64,000 bases of DNA from Cladosporium halotolerans (Eukaryota). Numbering within the stretch: position 1 is the first letter of the stretch; every line of letters starts with the position of its first letter. The stretch spans positions 62,001-126,000 of the forward strand of contig NW_027191475.1 in NCBI RefSeq assembly GCF_011745625.1. The letters are read 5' to 3'. Below are positions 22,930-35,276 of the stretch, piece after piece. The notes beneath the pieces were generated by a model. It was not told the DNA's origin and made no database searches. It saw nothing but the letters and a program-made list of their open reading frames with translations. A program made the position numbers and the translations under genes.

Positions 22930-24830
22930 CCGCGTTGCCCTCCCCGCCGATCACCACGCATTGCATCGACTGTAAAGCATGCATCACTCGCACCGCCCAA
23001 GAGAAGGACGCACGCGGTCAGCCAGCCAGATCTGCGCTCCCATCTGATGATGTGCCGCAAGCGCCGGCCGCCTCACGGGTTCTGCAGACCCCTGCGCACC
23101 GAGCCGGGGTCGCCGGAGAGGCGAGAGGGGCCCGGCTCAGCTTGCTTCGGCAGCGCTGCCAGTGGCGCTCGCGTAGCCTGCCCGGGGGTTTGGGTTTAGA
23201 GTGTGAGTGAGGCTGAAGGCGGCCCCTGGGGGGATAGGTTTGAGTTTGGGGGAGAAGGGGAGGGGCTTTGGGGATTGTATATGTGCGGAGCGGGAGAGTT
23301 GGAAGTAGATGTCGTGATGTGTGAGCTGCGCTGTTTACTAGTCCGTGGCTTGCCTCTCTGCATGGCAGAAGTCAAGGGTGGGGGAAAAGAAGGTTGCGCC
23401 TCAGAGCTGATGGGCTTGTCTAGCTCATCTGGCAACGTCTCGCCCAACACGTGGGACCGGAGACTCCATTGGCTGCGCTGCGGAGATGAAACACCGAGGG
23501 ATGGATGCGAGACCTGTGTAAGCCGGGGATCCATGGTTTGCCGGCGAAACGATCTGTCAGATGGAGGATGAGAACCCTCGGCGCGTGCATGGGGGGAATG
23601 GATCACGTCCAGGACGTGTCGCATGCGGGCTGCAGGAGTCCTGTGTACCACTGATGCACTACCAACATATCGACACACGGACGCGAAGAGAGATACCTTA
23701 GCAACATCGCCGTCACTCACCGTCAGTCTTGCGCGATATTCCCAATCTCAAACATGCAGCAGCACCGCGCAGCACCAGCCAAACGCAATCGCACGCGGCC
23801 CCAGCACGCTCAGCACTGCCGGCCAATCCACCGCGAACGGAGCTGCACGCGGCGGCGATCCAGGCGCGCAGGCCTCAACTGCATGCGGGCGCCTCGACGG
23901 TCGCGACGCACGGCGAGGACGGCGCCACGGCGCGGTGGCGCATGGAGTCGGAGCGCGGTCACTGCGGTGCCTAGCGCTGGCACTTCCAGGCTGATTGTCT
24001 CACTCCACCTTGCTCACCCTGCCAACTGCCCACCTCGCGCGCGCGAAAGCTGGCAGAGTGACGTGAAAACGCGTTGGCGGGGGGCCGGAGGGGAGCTGTG
24101 CGCGGTGCCAGATCGCGATTGCTGGTACCCGAGCAGCCGTGCTTGGGTTTGGCACTTGGGAGCGCGGGCAATCTCGAGGTATCCACATCGGAGAGCGCGA
24201 GAATGCCATGCTGGGGCGATTGCTCTGCTCTTCAACGGCCTGTAGGTCGGAGGTGTTTCCACAGCCCCCTATGCTGCAGTCTGGCAGTCAGAGATCGATG
24301 TGTAGCTGTGTCGACCGCACCGCAGGCATGACACGAGCCTTGCTCACCCCAGGCGGCACGGAGCAGGGCAGTGTTACAATAATCATCAATCGACCGCTGC
24401 GCACAGGCGGGCGGTAGGAGGGAAGTCCGGCAGGCCTGCTCGCCCGTGTGGTACGCAGACGGGATCCTATCGCGCTTAGGCACTCCGCAAACTCTATCAC
24501 GCACCGCCCAACCAACCACCCCTGCCCTGTTTGTGGCTGTCCTCTGGCCCTAAGATATCGATGTCGCCCCATCGCCCGCCTGCCTCACCGTGGGCACGTC
24601 CTGCAGCTTCCCTTTCGCATATTCCAACCATTGGCGCCCGCAATTGAGAGACCATGTCGTCCTCCCGGATCTGATCTCACTCTCGCTGGACTGGGCGGCC
24701 ATTGGGACAATCCGCCAATTTGTTTCAACATTGTTCTTGCGGATCGGACTCTCGCATACTTGCTGTTGGACGTTTGGCTGATTGCCTTCTCTCTTCACTT
24801 TCCAACGACCTGTCGACCCAGGAATCGACA

Positions 24831-26243
24831 ATGGATCCAGAAACCCTCGTCACCTTCGCCTTCCGCGCGCCACAAGACGTCCGCCGCGTCGAACTCCTTG
24901 GTTCCTGGGACAACTTCTCGCGCCCATACGCAATGTTCCACGACCGCCGGCGCGGCCACGGCTTCTGGACCGGCTGCTTCGAGTTCCAGAATATCATCTT
25001 CGACGGCTCCCAAGTGGACTACACACGGCCGCGCAACGGAGGACTCAAGCAAGGCGGAACCTACTGGTACTACTTCCGACTCGACGACGGCGTTGAAGCA
25101 TACGACGACTTGAGGGAATGTACGGCCGACTGCCCTCTGATGCCCGGGCAGGTGGTCAACGTCATCGACGTGCCGAGAGAAATCGTCGAGCCGCAGAAGA
25201 TGCAGCGCAGCATGAGCGTCGACCTGGTAGGCACGCTGGCGCAACAGTCGTCGTTGCAAACAATGGATCCCAAGGCCAAGTTCCAAGCGCTGGATCCTCC
25301 ACCCGTCTCGAAAGTCCACGAGCGTTGCATTTCCGACTTCGCCCTGGGCGGAAGACTAGAAGGCCGGCACCCTACCCCTCCAAAAGAAGAGTCGCCCTGG
25401 CCCCTCGTCTCCGAAGAGCCCCAGATCAAAAGCCCCACCAAAAAGATGTTCGGCACCATCGGCTCCCTCCAGCGCCGCGGCATGTCCCTCACCGGCTCCC
25501 TGCGCTCCATGGCCGGCCGCGCCGCCATGCGCGCCCGCGTCCGCCACGAAGCAACAACCTACGAAGCCTCCCTCATCGACGAAGCCGCCGAGCGCGCCTC
25601 CATCCACCCTGCCCGCTCGTCGGGTCACGACACCTCGCGCCCGCCCACCCGCCGGCCCCTCGCGGACGTCACCATCCCGCCCACCAACATCAACGACAAC
25701 AGCACAGGCGCCTTTCAAACCTTCTCCCAAGTCATCGCAATCCCCACCCCCTCCGCCTCCCCCACCAAACCCTCCCGCTCCCCCTCTCACGCCGCCGACG
25801 CCGACGCAGCCTCCATCGGCCCCCAGTCAATCCGTAACATCCAGTTCCTCTCCTCCTCCCCCGACCAGCGGCCCAGGCTCTACTCCCTGCACGACCCGGA
25901 CCGCCACTGCCACGCCCTCAACCAATCCGAAAACGACCACCAGCAAAGACAGCAACAAAACCAACACCCCTCCCCCGCCCTCGCCCTCGCCTCGCCAACC
26001 TTCTCCGACGCGACGGTCAGCACGGCCGCAGGCGACGAGCTCGCGACCGCGACGCCCGCGGGCGTGGAGGACGAGGTTGCCGCGCGCTGGGGCCGCGCGA
26101 TGAGGGAGTACGAGTGCGAGGCGTACAGGTTGCCCGAGCCTGAGGATCCCGTGTGGACGCCGAAGGCGGCTGGGGGAGGAGGGGCTGGGATGGCGGAGGC
26201 GATTTTCAGCGAGTTGGGGTATTTGGGGGGGTCGATCCAGTGA
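24831..26243 (+). CDS. Protein with N-terminal AMPK-beta-like carbohydrate-binding (CBM48/E-set) domain and disordered tail
   Basis: VTFAFRAP..VRRVELLGSWDNF, GGLKQGGTYWYYFRLD, CPLMPGQVVNVIDVP; first strong ATG at 24831. Confidence 0.75.
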   Translation: MDPETLVTFAFRAPQDVRRVELLGSWDNFSRPYAMFHDRRRGHGFWTGCFEFQNIIFDGSQVDYTRPRNGGLKQGGTYWYYFRLDDGVEAYDDLRECTADCPLMPGQVVNVIDVPREIVEPQKMQRSMSVDLVGTLAQQSSLQTMDPKAKFQALDPPPVSKVHERCISDFALGGRLEGRHPTPPKEESPWPLVSEEPQIKSPTKKMFGTIGSLQRRGMSLTGSLRSMAGRAAMRARVRHEATTYEASLIDEAAERASIHPARSSGHDTSRPPTRRPLADVTIPPTNINDNSTGAFQTFSQVIAIPTPSASPTKPSRSPSHAADADAASIGPQSIRNIQFLSSSPDQRPRLYSLHDPDRHCHALNQSENDHQQRQQQNQHPSPALALASPTFSDATVSTAAGDELATATPAGVEDEVAARWGRAMREYECEAYRLPEPEDPVWTPKAAGGGGAGMAEAIFSELGYLGGSIQ

Positions 26244-26910
26244 GGGGTTTGGGACTTGACGGGCGTCTGTTTCTTTTTTTTTGGTGTTTCTGGTTTTTCA
26301 TTTTGTGGTTGTTTATTTCTGGCGAGCGATTTATTCTGGTATTTACTTAGCGATTGGCGTTCCGTTTTGAGTATTGATTGGTTTTGGGCCGCGCTCTGGG
26401 GACAATGAGAAGGGAAGAAAGGGGAAGGAGCGAGCAGAGCAGAGCATGTATATACCCCGGTGTTCTTTTGTTGAAGAGGAGGAGGCAGAGTCAGAGGTGG
26501 TGTGCACGTGTGCGCATGGTGCCGTTGGCGAATGAAATGGGATGAGCGGATGAGTAGTCGGACGACCAGCGGACGCGCGCGATGATCGCGGCGTGAAAAA
26601 AGGACGAGAAATGCAGGTTTACGAATGAAGCAGTATTAACACAGAAACCTCTTGTGTCTCTGTCAAGTCATCATGTCTTTGTAAGAGTGTACGTCGCCCA
26701 TCATCTTGACCGCAAGGTCGCCCACGAGAAGCCTCACCCCGCCCACGACGAGCTTGTTCGGCACGAGACCACTGAGCTCAAAGCTCTGTCAAACCCGCAC
26801 GCAGAAGTCCAGAAAATCACAAAATTCTCCAACAAGATTAAAGCGCACGATAGTGGGCGTTCTCCAGATGTGGAAGCAAAAAATGGTAGCAAAAAAGATC
26901 AAAAGGATGA

Positions 26911-27012
26911 TGCCTCCTATGAGAATCGAACTCATATCTTGGGATGGCCCAGAGCTGCAATGCTGCTGGTCATGTTATGAGACCCATGTTCTAACCGTTA
27001 AACTAAGGGGGC
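26911..27012 (-). tRNA. Elongator tRNA-Met(CAT) with 30-nt intron
   Basis: Minus strand GCCCCCT-TAGTTTAACGGTTAGAAC-A-TGGGT-CT CAT A[30 nt]A-TCCCA-AGAT-ATGAG-TTCGATT-CTCAT-AGGAGGC-A; G1-C72 and T54 argue against initiator. Confidence 0.92.
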
Positions 27013-27556
27013 GAACCCAAGCTAAGCTTGGCTTGCCGGTTGAGTTCTCGGAGCATTGCACACAATATATACCCAATTTCTAGTGGCATCTCGTGTGCGC
27101 GATCGAGATCACCCCTTTCGATTGTTCAAAAAGAAATTGTGCCATCCGTACCTTTGTTTATCGGTAGCAAGACGAGACTCTAAAAGAAGCGAGGAATTGA
27201 GAAGAGCCAAGATTGTGTGGATGAGGCAAAGGGTATATATTCAAAGAACACGCATATCTATCAACCATCACCGCGGTGTTTCTTTCTCCACGCGGTATCG
27301 TCGTATCGTAAAAATTCAGTCGAACGCTTCACGACGACTACACTTTTTTCTCAGCCGTCCGGATGGAATGGTTTTCCTTTTCACCATCACCGGAGGCGAA
27401 AAGATGAGGGCTGACTTTTCTTATTCGCGAGTTTCATGCCGTCATGCAACAAAAGGTGCGGAATTAAAAGGGAATCATGCATAAAAAGGAACGCGTCACG
27501 TCTGGGTCATTCGTAGCAAGAGGAGGCAATCTCCGAGCGCTGCTGTGCACAGCACT

Positions 27557-29209
27557 CTACTTGAAGACCTTGCCGTCGGCAAACTCCATGGTCTTGCCGT
27601 TGACGACGACGGGCTTGTCCCAGGCCCACATGTCGTTGACGAACTCGCGGTCCTCGGGCTTGCTGGGGTCGAGCTTGGTGAAGCTGTAGGACTCGACGTC
27701 AGGGGCGACGTCGAAGGCCGGCATGGCCTCCTGGCCACGGACGACGAAGGCACCCTGGATGACGGAGTCGTTGGTCTGGCCAAAGACGGCACCGCAACCG
27801 AAGATGTACTTGCGGCTGGCCTCGAGACGAGCGAAGAAACCACCGATCTGGTTGTTGCTCATGAAGGTCATGGTGAGCTCGTCGTTGAACTTGAAGTCGA
27901 AGCGCCAGATGGAGAACTCATCGAACTTGCAGTTCTCCCAGAACCAGGGGAGGGCAGACTCGCGAGTGTCGTCGTTGGAGTACTTGCGCTTCCTGTAAGA
28001 AAGAGTCAGTAAATTTATCATTAAGTCGCATCGGAAGTAGCGAGAACTGCACGTACCAGTCGTCAAGGACGAAAGTGGGCTTGCCGAGAAGCTCGAGAGG
28101 GTGCTTGGGCTTGGGAGCGGCGGGCTGGGCAGCCTCCTCCTCCTCAGCCTCGGCAGCAGTCTTGACCTTAGGCTTAGGGGCGGCGGCAGGAGCAGCGGGC
28201 TTCTTCTCCTTCTTCTCCTTCTTCTCACCACCACCAGGGGGCTTGTTCTCGAGGGGCTTCTCGCAGAACTCAGTCTTCTCAACAACGGCAGTGTAGATGT
28301 CCTGGCTGGTGATGGTCCTGAACCAACGGGTGACGTTGGGGTGCTGAGAGCGCCACTCGGGGTCCCAGAAGAACTGGAAACCGCGGGAGAGGATGCCAGC
28401 GGCGAAGATATCGGCGAGGGTGATGCGCTCGCTGACGAGGTAGGTGTTGACAAGGAGGTGGTCCTCGAGGACCTTGACGTTGGCGGCGGTGGCCTTGAGG
28501 TTGTCGTCGACGCTCTTCTTGTTGTAGGGGTCACGGCCGATCAGAGGGCGGAAAGAGCCACCGAGAGCGGGGAGGACCTGGGAGTTGGCGAAGGACATCC
28601 AGCGGAGGATGCTGGCGTAGTCCTGCTTGGTCTTACCGAGAAGGGTGGTCTTCTCGTTCTGGGAGGTGACTGCGCGGTGTGTTAGCGACTGTGTCACTGC
28701 GATCCGCTATGCGCTTCTAAGATATGTGTGCAAGTGTGTGCGTTCAGAGTGTGAATAAAGTCTCAACAGTAATCTTCAGACAGGGATAACTGTATTGAAA
28801 AAGATTCTCATCATTGCAAGTGAAAGGGTGGGTGTTTCGTGCGAGCTCCTCCAAACTGCGAGTCCACTTACGGTAGATGGCAATGGCGATGCACTCGGTC
28901 AGGGTGAAGTTGTCGGCGCCCACGAAGGACGGGACGAGGCCGAGCTTGTTGATGAGCTTGTAGTCATCGCTGACGCCCTTGGCCGGCTCGGTGTGGACAA
29001 ACTCGAGGTCGAGGTTGTTGACGTTGGCCACGGCCTGGATGGCAATGGTGCGGGGGTTACCCTGTAGCAGCAATGTCAGCGGCCGTGTTTCTCAACAATG
29101 TGGCATGAAATGATTCACAGCGCCCCGCCAGGTGGCAGTCCAGCTCGGCGGCGGCGTGCGTTGCATGCGCGGAACGTACCGGGTAGGAGTAGAGCTTGCC
29201 GAAACCCAT
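27557..29209 (-). CDS. TEF4: Translation elongation factor 1-gamma (eEF1B gamma; GST-like N-terminus plus EF1G domain)
   Basis: Exons 29209-29180, 29061-28872, 28669-28057, 27992-27557; LTECIAIAIY, PKPKHPLELL, DDWKRKYSN, GGFFARLEASRKY, FADGKVFK*. Confidence 0.96.
28740..28819 (-). ncRNA. SNR38: Intronic box C/D snoRNA, snR38 homologue
   Basis: In EF-1 gamma intron 2: box C ATGATGA (28814-28808), guide CAGTTATCCCTGT before D' CTGA (28779-28776), box D CTGA (28747-28744); guide is complementary to the LSU rRNA sequence ACAGGGAUAACUG; yeast snR38 lies in the TEF4 intron. Confidence 0.9.
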
Positions 29210-29467
29210 CGTGCTGGTTGTGTGAGCGTGCGAAGGGAAGGAGGTGGTGTGGGAGGGAAGAAAGGTTTGTTTGGTGAGGGAAGAGGGGAATTATCAAGGT
29301 CGAGCTCCGCGGTGGAGTTGGGCGAGTCGAATTCTGCGACGGACCGTGCCCGCCAGCGGAGGGCGAGCAGCTCTTCCGAGCCAGCCTTGGCGCAAACCTC
29401 CTGCGAACCGCGGCGACAGCGACGACACGCCGCATCCACAGCGCATTGCCGTGCGCCCGCCTGCGCG

Positions 29468-30519
29468 ATGGAATCTCCTTTATTACGGACGGGCTTCCGC
29501 CGAGCAATTGCTTCGACCCACGCCTCGTCGCAACGACAGGCGCTGGCCTGCCAGCGCCGATGGCTCGCTACACCAACCGAATCATCAGGCAGGGAGCCTG
29601 TGAGAGCAGCACAGCCCATACAGTTCACTCGAGACGACAACCAATTCGCCCGCAACAAGCCTGCCGGCGGCTTCTCTCGCCGCGGTCCTCCTCGCGGTGA
29701 CGGTCCGAAATCCGACATTCTCCTCAGCAGGATTCGCATTCTCCCGGCCTCGCCCAGCTATTTCACTGCGACTCCCCGCTACACCGACGATCTTCTCGCC
29801 CTCTCAGCACTGCTTCGCAAGTACCAGCTCTTGCCTCAGTGTCCCCCGGGCGAGGCGCCCAGAATAGCATGGAAGACATGGGAGCAGTACAAATCAGAAG
29901 TGGATGAGCCGGTGAAAGAGACCAGATACAACCGCCTGCTGGAGATCATCAAGCGCCTGAACTACATTCACCCGGCGTTGATGCCCGAGGAGGTGACCAC
30001 GGCGCTTGAGCGGTTCAAGCGTATCCTGCAGCCCTTCCTCAACAAGCCCAAACCCATCATTGTCGACAACTACGGCCGCGCGAGGGCATCGGGAAGAAGA
30101 AAGAGCAGCACGGCTTCTGTGTACGTGGTGGAGGGTACTGGCGAGGCTGTCGTGAACGGCAAGTCGCTTACGGAATACTTTGGCCGTCTGCACGACCGAG
30201 AGAGTGCGGTCTGGGCGTTGAAGCAGACGGAGCGTTTGGACAGGTACAACGTGTGGGCGACGACTTCCGGAGGTGGTACTACGGGCCAGGCGGAGTCGAT
30301 CATGTTGGCGACGGCCAAGGCGTTGATGGCACACGAGCCTGATCTCAGGCCCATACTGAAGAGGGGTGAGTTCAGTTTAAGGAACGTACATTGTTTGACA
30401 AGCATTGAGCTAACGCAACAATCACAGCGGGAACCCTTACGCGCAACCCCAAGCGTGTCGAGAGAAAGAAGGCCGGCAAGCTCAAGGCTCGCAAGATGCC
30501 TGCCTGGGTCAAACGTTAA
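29468..30519 (+). CDS. MRPS9: Mitochondrial ribosomal protein uS9m
   Basis: Arg-rich presequence; GRRKSSTASV, GGGTTGQAESI; intron 30366..30427 gives VERKKAGKLKARKMPAWVKR*. Confidence 0.95.
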
Positions 30520-31939
30520 AGCGCGATTCCAACGTCAAAGCATTGTGTTACTATGTACAGAACCTGTATTACATACCCTTACCGACTTCCGAGCTTCGTG
30601 CATCTAGAATCATTTAATCTTGAAAAAAGATCGAGAACCTCTCAGGAAAGACTTGGAAGAGAACCTTCTATGATTCCTCTTTCACCTCAAGACTTTTACT
30701 TCACCGATGCTGGAATTGTTTGACAAAGGACCCAGAACACCAGACCGCAAATGCGAGATGCTTCCAGAACCTGGCATCCTTCTGTTCGTGGGTCCTTTCC
30801 CCGCGCACATTGTGGCTGGGATGACAACTTGTGTGAAGCTCGGGGGACTGCTGATCTGTAATATCTCCGCTACTTGCTATCATACTACCGAACGATGTTT
30901 TCAAAGGTCCTTCTTGGTCAGGAAGGCGGTTTTGCCGACACGTCAATCTACGGAGGTATCCAAGAGCATGCAAGAGATTGCTCATGGATGGAAAACAGAT
31001 AAAGGGTCTGAGGCGTCGTTTTCGGGCCCCAGAGGATGCCGTCAGCCAGTCATGTTGAAAGACTGGTCTAGTTCCACCTCATGCAAGGGGATCATGCAAA
31101 TCGACGATAGCAGAAGTGGATGCACAGGACGTTTGTTTGCAATCAAGATGCAAACAATTGTCACGACGGTCTAGCCAGGCCTCGGCATTCGAAAGAGCTT
31201 GCGTGACTTCAAGAACACCAGCCACTAGGGAAGTGTCCGGAAGAGCAGATAACAAAAATACTGCAGCCTTGTCTATATTACCGTACACCTCGTCTATTTG
31301 GAAATTGTTTGATAGACGAACGTGCCCCAGAGACTCGGAAGTCACGGCAACATTGTAGATAAGCTTATCAAGTTGAAACGAATCGTGATCGAGGCTGAAC
31401 GGCTATCAACAACCAGAGACAAGGAGAGCCCTCGATGATATGACATACTGTTATTGGATTCGCTCCCAAAAGCAGCAAGTCCTTGCGTGACAGGATGGTT
31501 AGAGTCGTTCAAGCACGCGGCGGAGACGCTTGATTCGCCAAGCCCCACGATTCTGCCGCTGCCCGCAGTCTCTTTTCCGCGCGGGCTGATCGACAAGCTC
31601 GAGTTTCTCCTCCTTTCATGCACCTCGGCCACGAATCAACTCGGGGTAAAAGAGGAGAAGGCCTTGCTGTCTGCAGGTTCACTATCAAAACGTGCTGCTT
31701 ATGCCTTCCCATTACAGACTGCCCCCACGGGCGGCTCGGTGCGGCCACGAGGGAAGGCCTGGATGACGGAGCACACGGCGTGAGGAAGGCTAATGGCTGA
31801 TTGCGCTCGCACCTGTGAGCCACGGCTACAGTAGCCGGCCCCTTCCATTCAAATGGACGTCAACAACACGTCTTGTTGTTTTCCTCCGCTGCTGGCTTGA
31901 CACCCGCCTCCTACAGCGCCCGACCAGACTCACGGCAGC

Positions 31940-33666
31940 ATGGCGCCCACTTCAAAGCGCGAAGCCGCTGCGCAGGACGACCAGCAGCTTGCTGCGCTCG
32001 GCAAGAAACAGGAATTGAAGAGGAACTTCAGCTTCTTGTCCATGCTTGGTCTGGCATTTGCCATTCTGAACTCGTGGACTGCGCTCTCGGCTTCCTTGAG
32101 CCTTGCATTGCCATCTGGCGGATCCACCAGCGTGCTCTGGGGCCTCGTCACGGCTGGTATTTGCAACCTTTGCCTGGCCTCCTCGCTCGCTGAGTTTCTG
32201 TCGGCATATCCAACCGTACGTCTCAAGCGAGTTTGACACGCTTTGCACCGGATACTAATACACTTGCAGGCTGGTGGTCAATACCATTGGGTAGCTGTGA
32301 TCAGCTGGAAGTCATGGGTCCCCATTCTCTCCTGGATCACCGGATGGATCAATGTCTTTGGATGGATGGCTCTCACTGCCACTGCCGGACTGTTGGGTAG
32401 CCAGCTTATCGTGGGCATCATACCGCTTTACATGCCCTCATACGTCGAGGAGCGCTGGCACCAATTTCTGATCTACATCGGCTACAACCTGATTGCCTTT
32501 GTGATCAACGCTTTTGGCAACTCGATCATTCCGCTTGTTAACAAGACCGCAATCACCTGGTCGATCTGCGGCTTTGCAGTCATCTCGATCACCGTCCTCG
32601 CGTGTGCGGCTCCTGAATTCAACTCTGCGCGCCTGGTCTTCACTGACTTCAGAAACGAAACGGGCTGGCCTGATGGTATTGCTTGGCTCCTCGGCTTGCT
32701 GCAGGGCGGACTCGGTCTCACCGGCTTCGACGCTGTCGCTCACATGATTGAGGAGATTCCAAACGCTGCTATTGAGGGCCCGAAGATCATGATCTACTGC
32801 GTTGCCATTGGTCTGACGACGGGATTCATCTTCTTGATGTGTCTGTTATTCGTTGCTGGCAGTCTCGAAGATGTCATCAACTCGCCATATGGTCCTCTAG
32901 GAGCCATCTTCTACACCGCTACCGGCAATCGAGCGGGGACGGTCTGCCTGACCATCTTCCCGCTCATTTGCCTGGTGTTCGCCGCGATCTCTATCATGAC
33001 GACCTCCAGTCGCATGACATACGGTGCGCTTCGCAATTCTTTTGCTAAACGATTCAATGCGCTGACATCTTTCCAGCATTCGCCCGAGATGGCGGCCTGC
33101 CTTTTTCGAAATACTTCTCACGCGTCCATGCAAAGCTAGACGTGCCTCTGGAGGCTCTCTCGCTCACGCTTCTGGTCGTGGTTGTGTTCGGCTGCATCTT
33201 CCTTGGCAGCACCAGCGCTTTCAACGCCATCACGTCCGCATCGGTCACCGCTCTGGGTGTCAGTTACGCCATTCCTGTCGCAATCAACTGCATGCGTGGC
33301 CGCCGTATGCTGCCGGCGACCCGATACTTCAAACTCCCGGAGCCGTTCGCTTGGTTTGCCAACCTGCTTGGTGTTGCCTACGTTATAATCACAACGGTGC
33401 TCTTCGTCTTTCCGCCAGAGCTGCCGGTGACAGGAAGCAACATGAACTACTGCATCGTTGCGTTCGCGATCGTGCTCCTCATCAGCGTCGCACAATGGCT
33501 CATCGACGGCCGCAAGAACTACAGAGGCCCCAAAGTCGAGGTCGACGATCATGTCCTCTTCGCAGCCCCGACTCTCGAAGACCCGCCTCCACCAGCTTCG
33601 GCCGTCTCTGACGCGAGCGAGCCGGAGAAGTCCAAAGCGAAAAATGTCGCGGCAGAACCCGTTTAA
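31940..33666 (+). CDS. APC-superfamily amino acid/choline/GABA permease (Hnm1/Uga4-like)
   Basis: Introns 32216..32269 and 33024..33076; LKRNFSFLSM, AEFLSAYPTAGGQYHW, FDAVAHMIEE, SRMTYAFARDGGLPF, SNMNYC. Confidence 0.92.
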
Positions 33667-35276
33667 AGACGTTCGAGCAAGAGGTACGTTTCAGCTACTT
33701 CTTTCTACTACACCCTTGCGTGACAGGATGAAAACCTTTTATCGTTAAACCTTCCGACAAACAACCATGGCGGACTTATTATCCAATTGTTCCTACTGAA
33801 ACCCAATCACGCGCATCTCACTTTAGCTTGACTTAACTTTCCAGTGGTCGAACCAAGCTAACGTCGATGGCGCGCAGATTTCTCGACAACACGGCCGACG
33901 CATCTTGGCTTCAATGGCATAACGCTATAAATGAAAAGAAAAAATTAAAGAGAATATAGTTTCATCTACACGTACTCCTGCATCGTACCTTGTAATTTCG
34001 TCTCTCTTCTCGCTGTTGCCTGTAATGTTTAGACTCGAAACTTGGTCTTCAATGTTATATTTGGATAACTCGTTACGGCTGCATGCAGAGCTTGTTTAGT
34101 TACAATGCTTTAAGATGTACTTTCTCATGTTTACCCAAAGTACGCTGTCTCCTCCCATGAACCTTTCGAGTTTCATGTCTTGCATCGAGATCTCCGTCAC
34201 TCGGAGAAGCTGGACACCTTTGGAGCAATGAAAATATGGGCGTCGTCCGGGTTCCTCGGTCTCCCTAGCGTTCAATACTCAGATCAAAGCTGGCGGTAGC
34301 ACTTCCGGTGAAACGGAGTGTTTGGGTTTTGAATGATAATAAGTTATATCTGTCATTGACGGCCTTTGAAGCATACATCGATACGATAATTCCAAGTTTC
34401 TCGACTCGAGCAAATTGGACCTCGATCGCGGCGAGAGCGAGTTCATCGTCATTTCCTTGTAGCTTCACGGGTTGGTCGAGTGACGCAGAGCGTGTACTAC
34501 CGTTCATTGTACCAAGCTCCAAACGAAATAGGCATGTAGTCATGATTTTTCTGAATCGTGTAGGAGATTCAGGGAATGCTGCACACGACAGATATCGAGT
34601 TACGTCGAGCAACAAAGACAAGATATGGTTATGAGGGTTAGGGTTGGGGTAAACTTCAAGCGTGCGGATAATCTCGATTCAATGCGAGTATCAAGCAGAC
34701 CTCACTAAAACAATGGTCGATAATCTATTAATGTCGGCGAATCAAAATGTGCATTACAACTGAATTAAAGCCCGATACCGTTCCACCTCATATCAGCGCC
34801 AAACGCAGATATGCCGCCGCCGGGAAACACCAACGCCATGCAAAAGAGCCGTAGCGAACATATGTACATCGACGATGGCTCTAGCCCAAGTCCAGCCCGT
34901 CGACAGCGGAATCGCACTGCGCGTTTGCACCTCGATGTGGGCACCTTGTAACGGTTGGAACCTCCTCGAGATGAAATCACATGCACCTGCAACCCGCGAA
35001 CGCAATCGGACAGTGTAATCAATCCTGGAAAGTGCAGAATGGGCGGGGAAAATCGAACGAGATGGGCAAAAGCCACCTTTGTGTTCATGCGCTGGTTGCT
35101 CGGAAAAAGTTGAGCTGCGGAAGACCCAGGCAGGCTCCCAGAATAGCGTGCAGTCGATCGCGAGCGCACACTTGAAGTCCAAAAAAGCGCGGTCGAGATG
35201 CCGCTTGAGAAATCCTTGTTCATGACCGATCGCCACGACATCAGGGCGATTGATATCCAGTGAGCCTCCTCGGCAT

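Noticed and set aside
22450..24830. Many short overlapping ORFs and SYGGRG/AGGGG motifs upstream of the CBM48 gene
   Set aside because: No coding signature; such short motifs are frequent by chance in GC-rich DNA, and this is probably a long regulatory region
30620..31900. Short ORFs between MRPS9 and the permease
   Set aside because: No recognisable domain or consistent exon structure
34634..34649. GGGTTAGGGTTGGGGT as a telomere repeat or telomerase-RNA template
   Set aside because: Under two repeat units, too little downstream space before the permease, and no pseudoknot or CR4/5 seen
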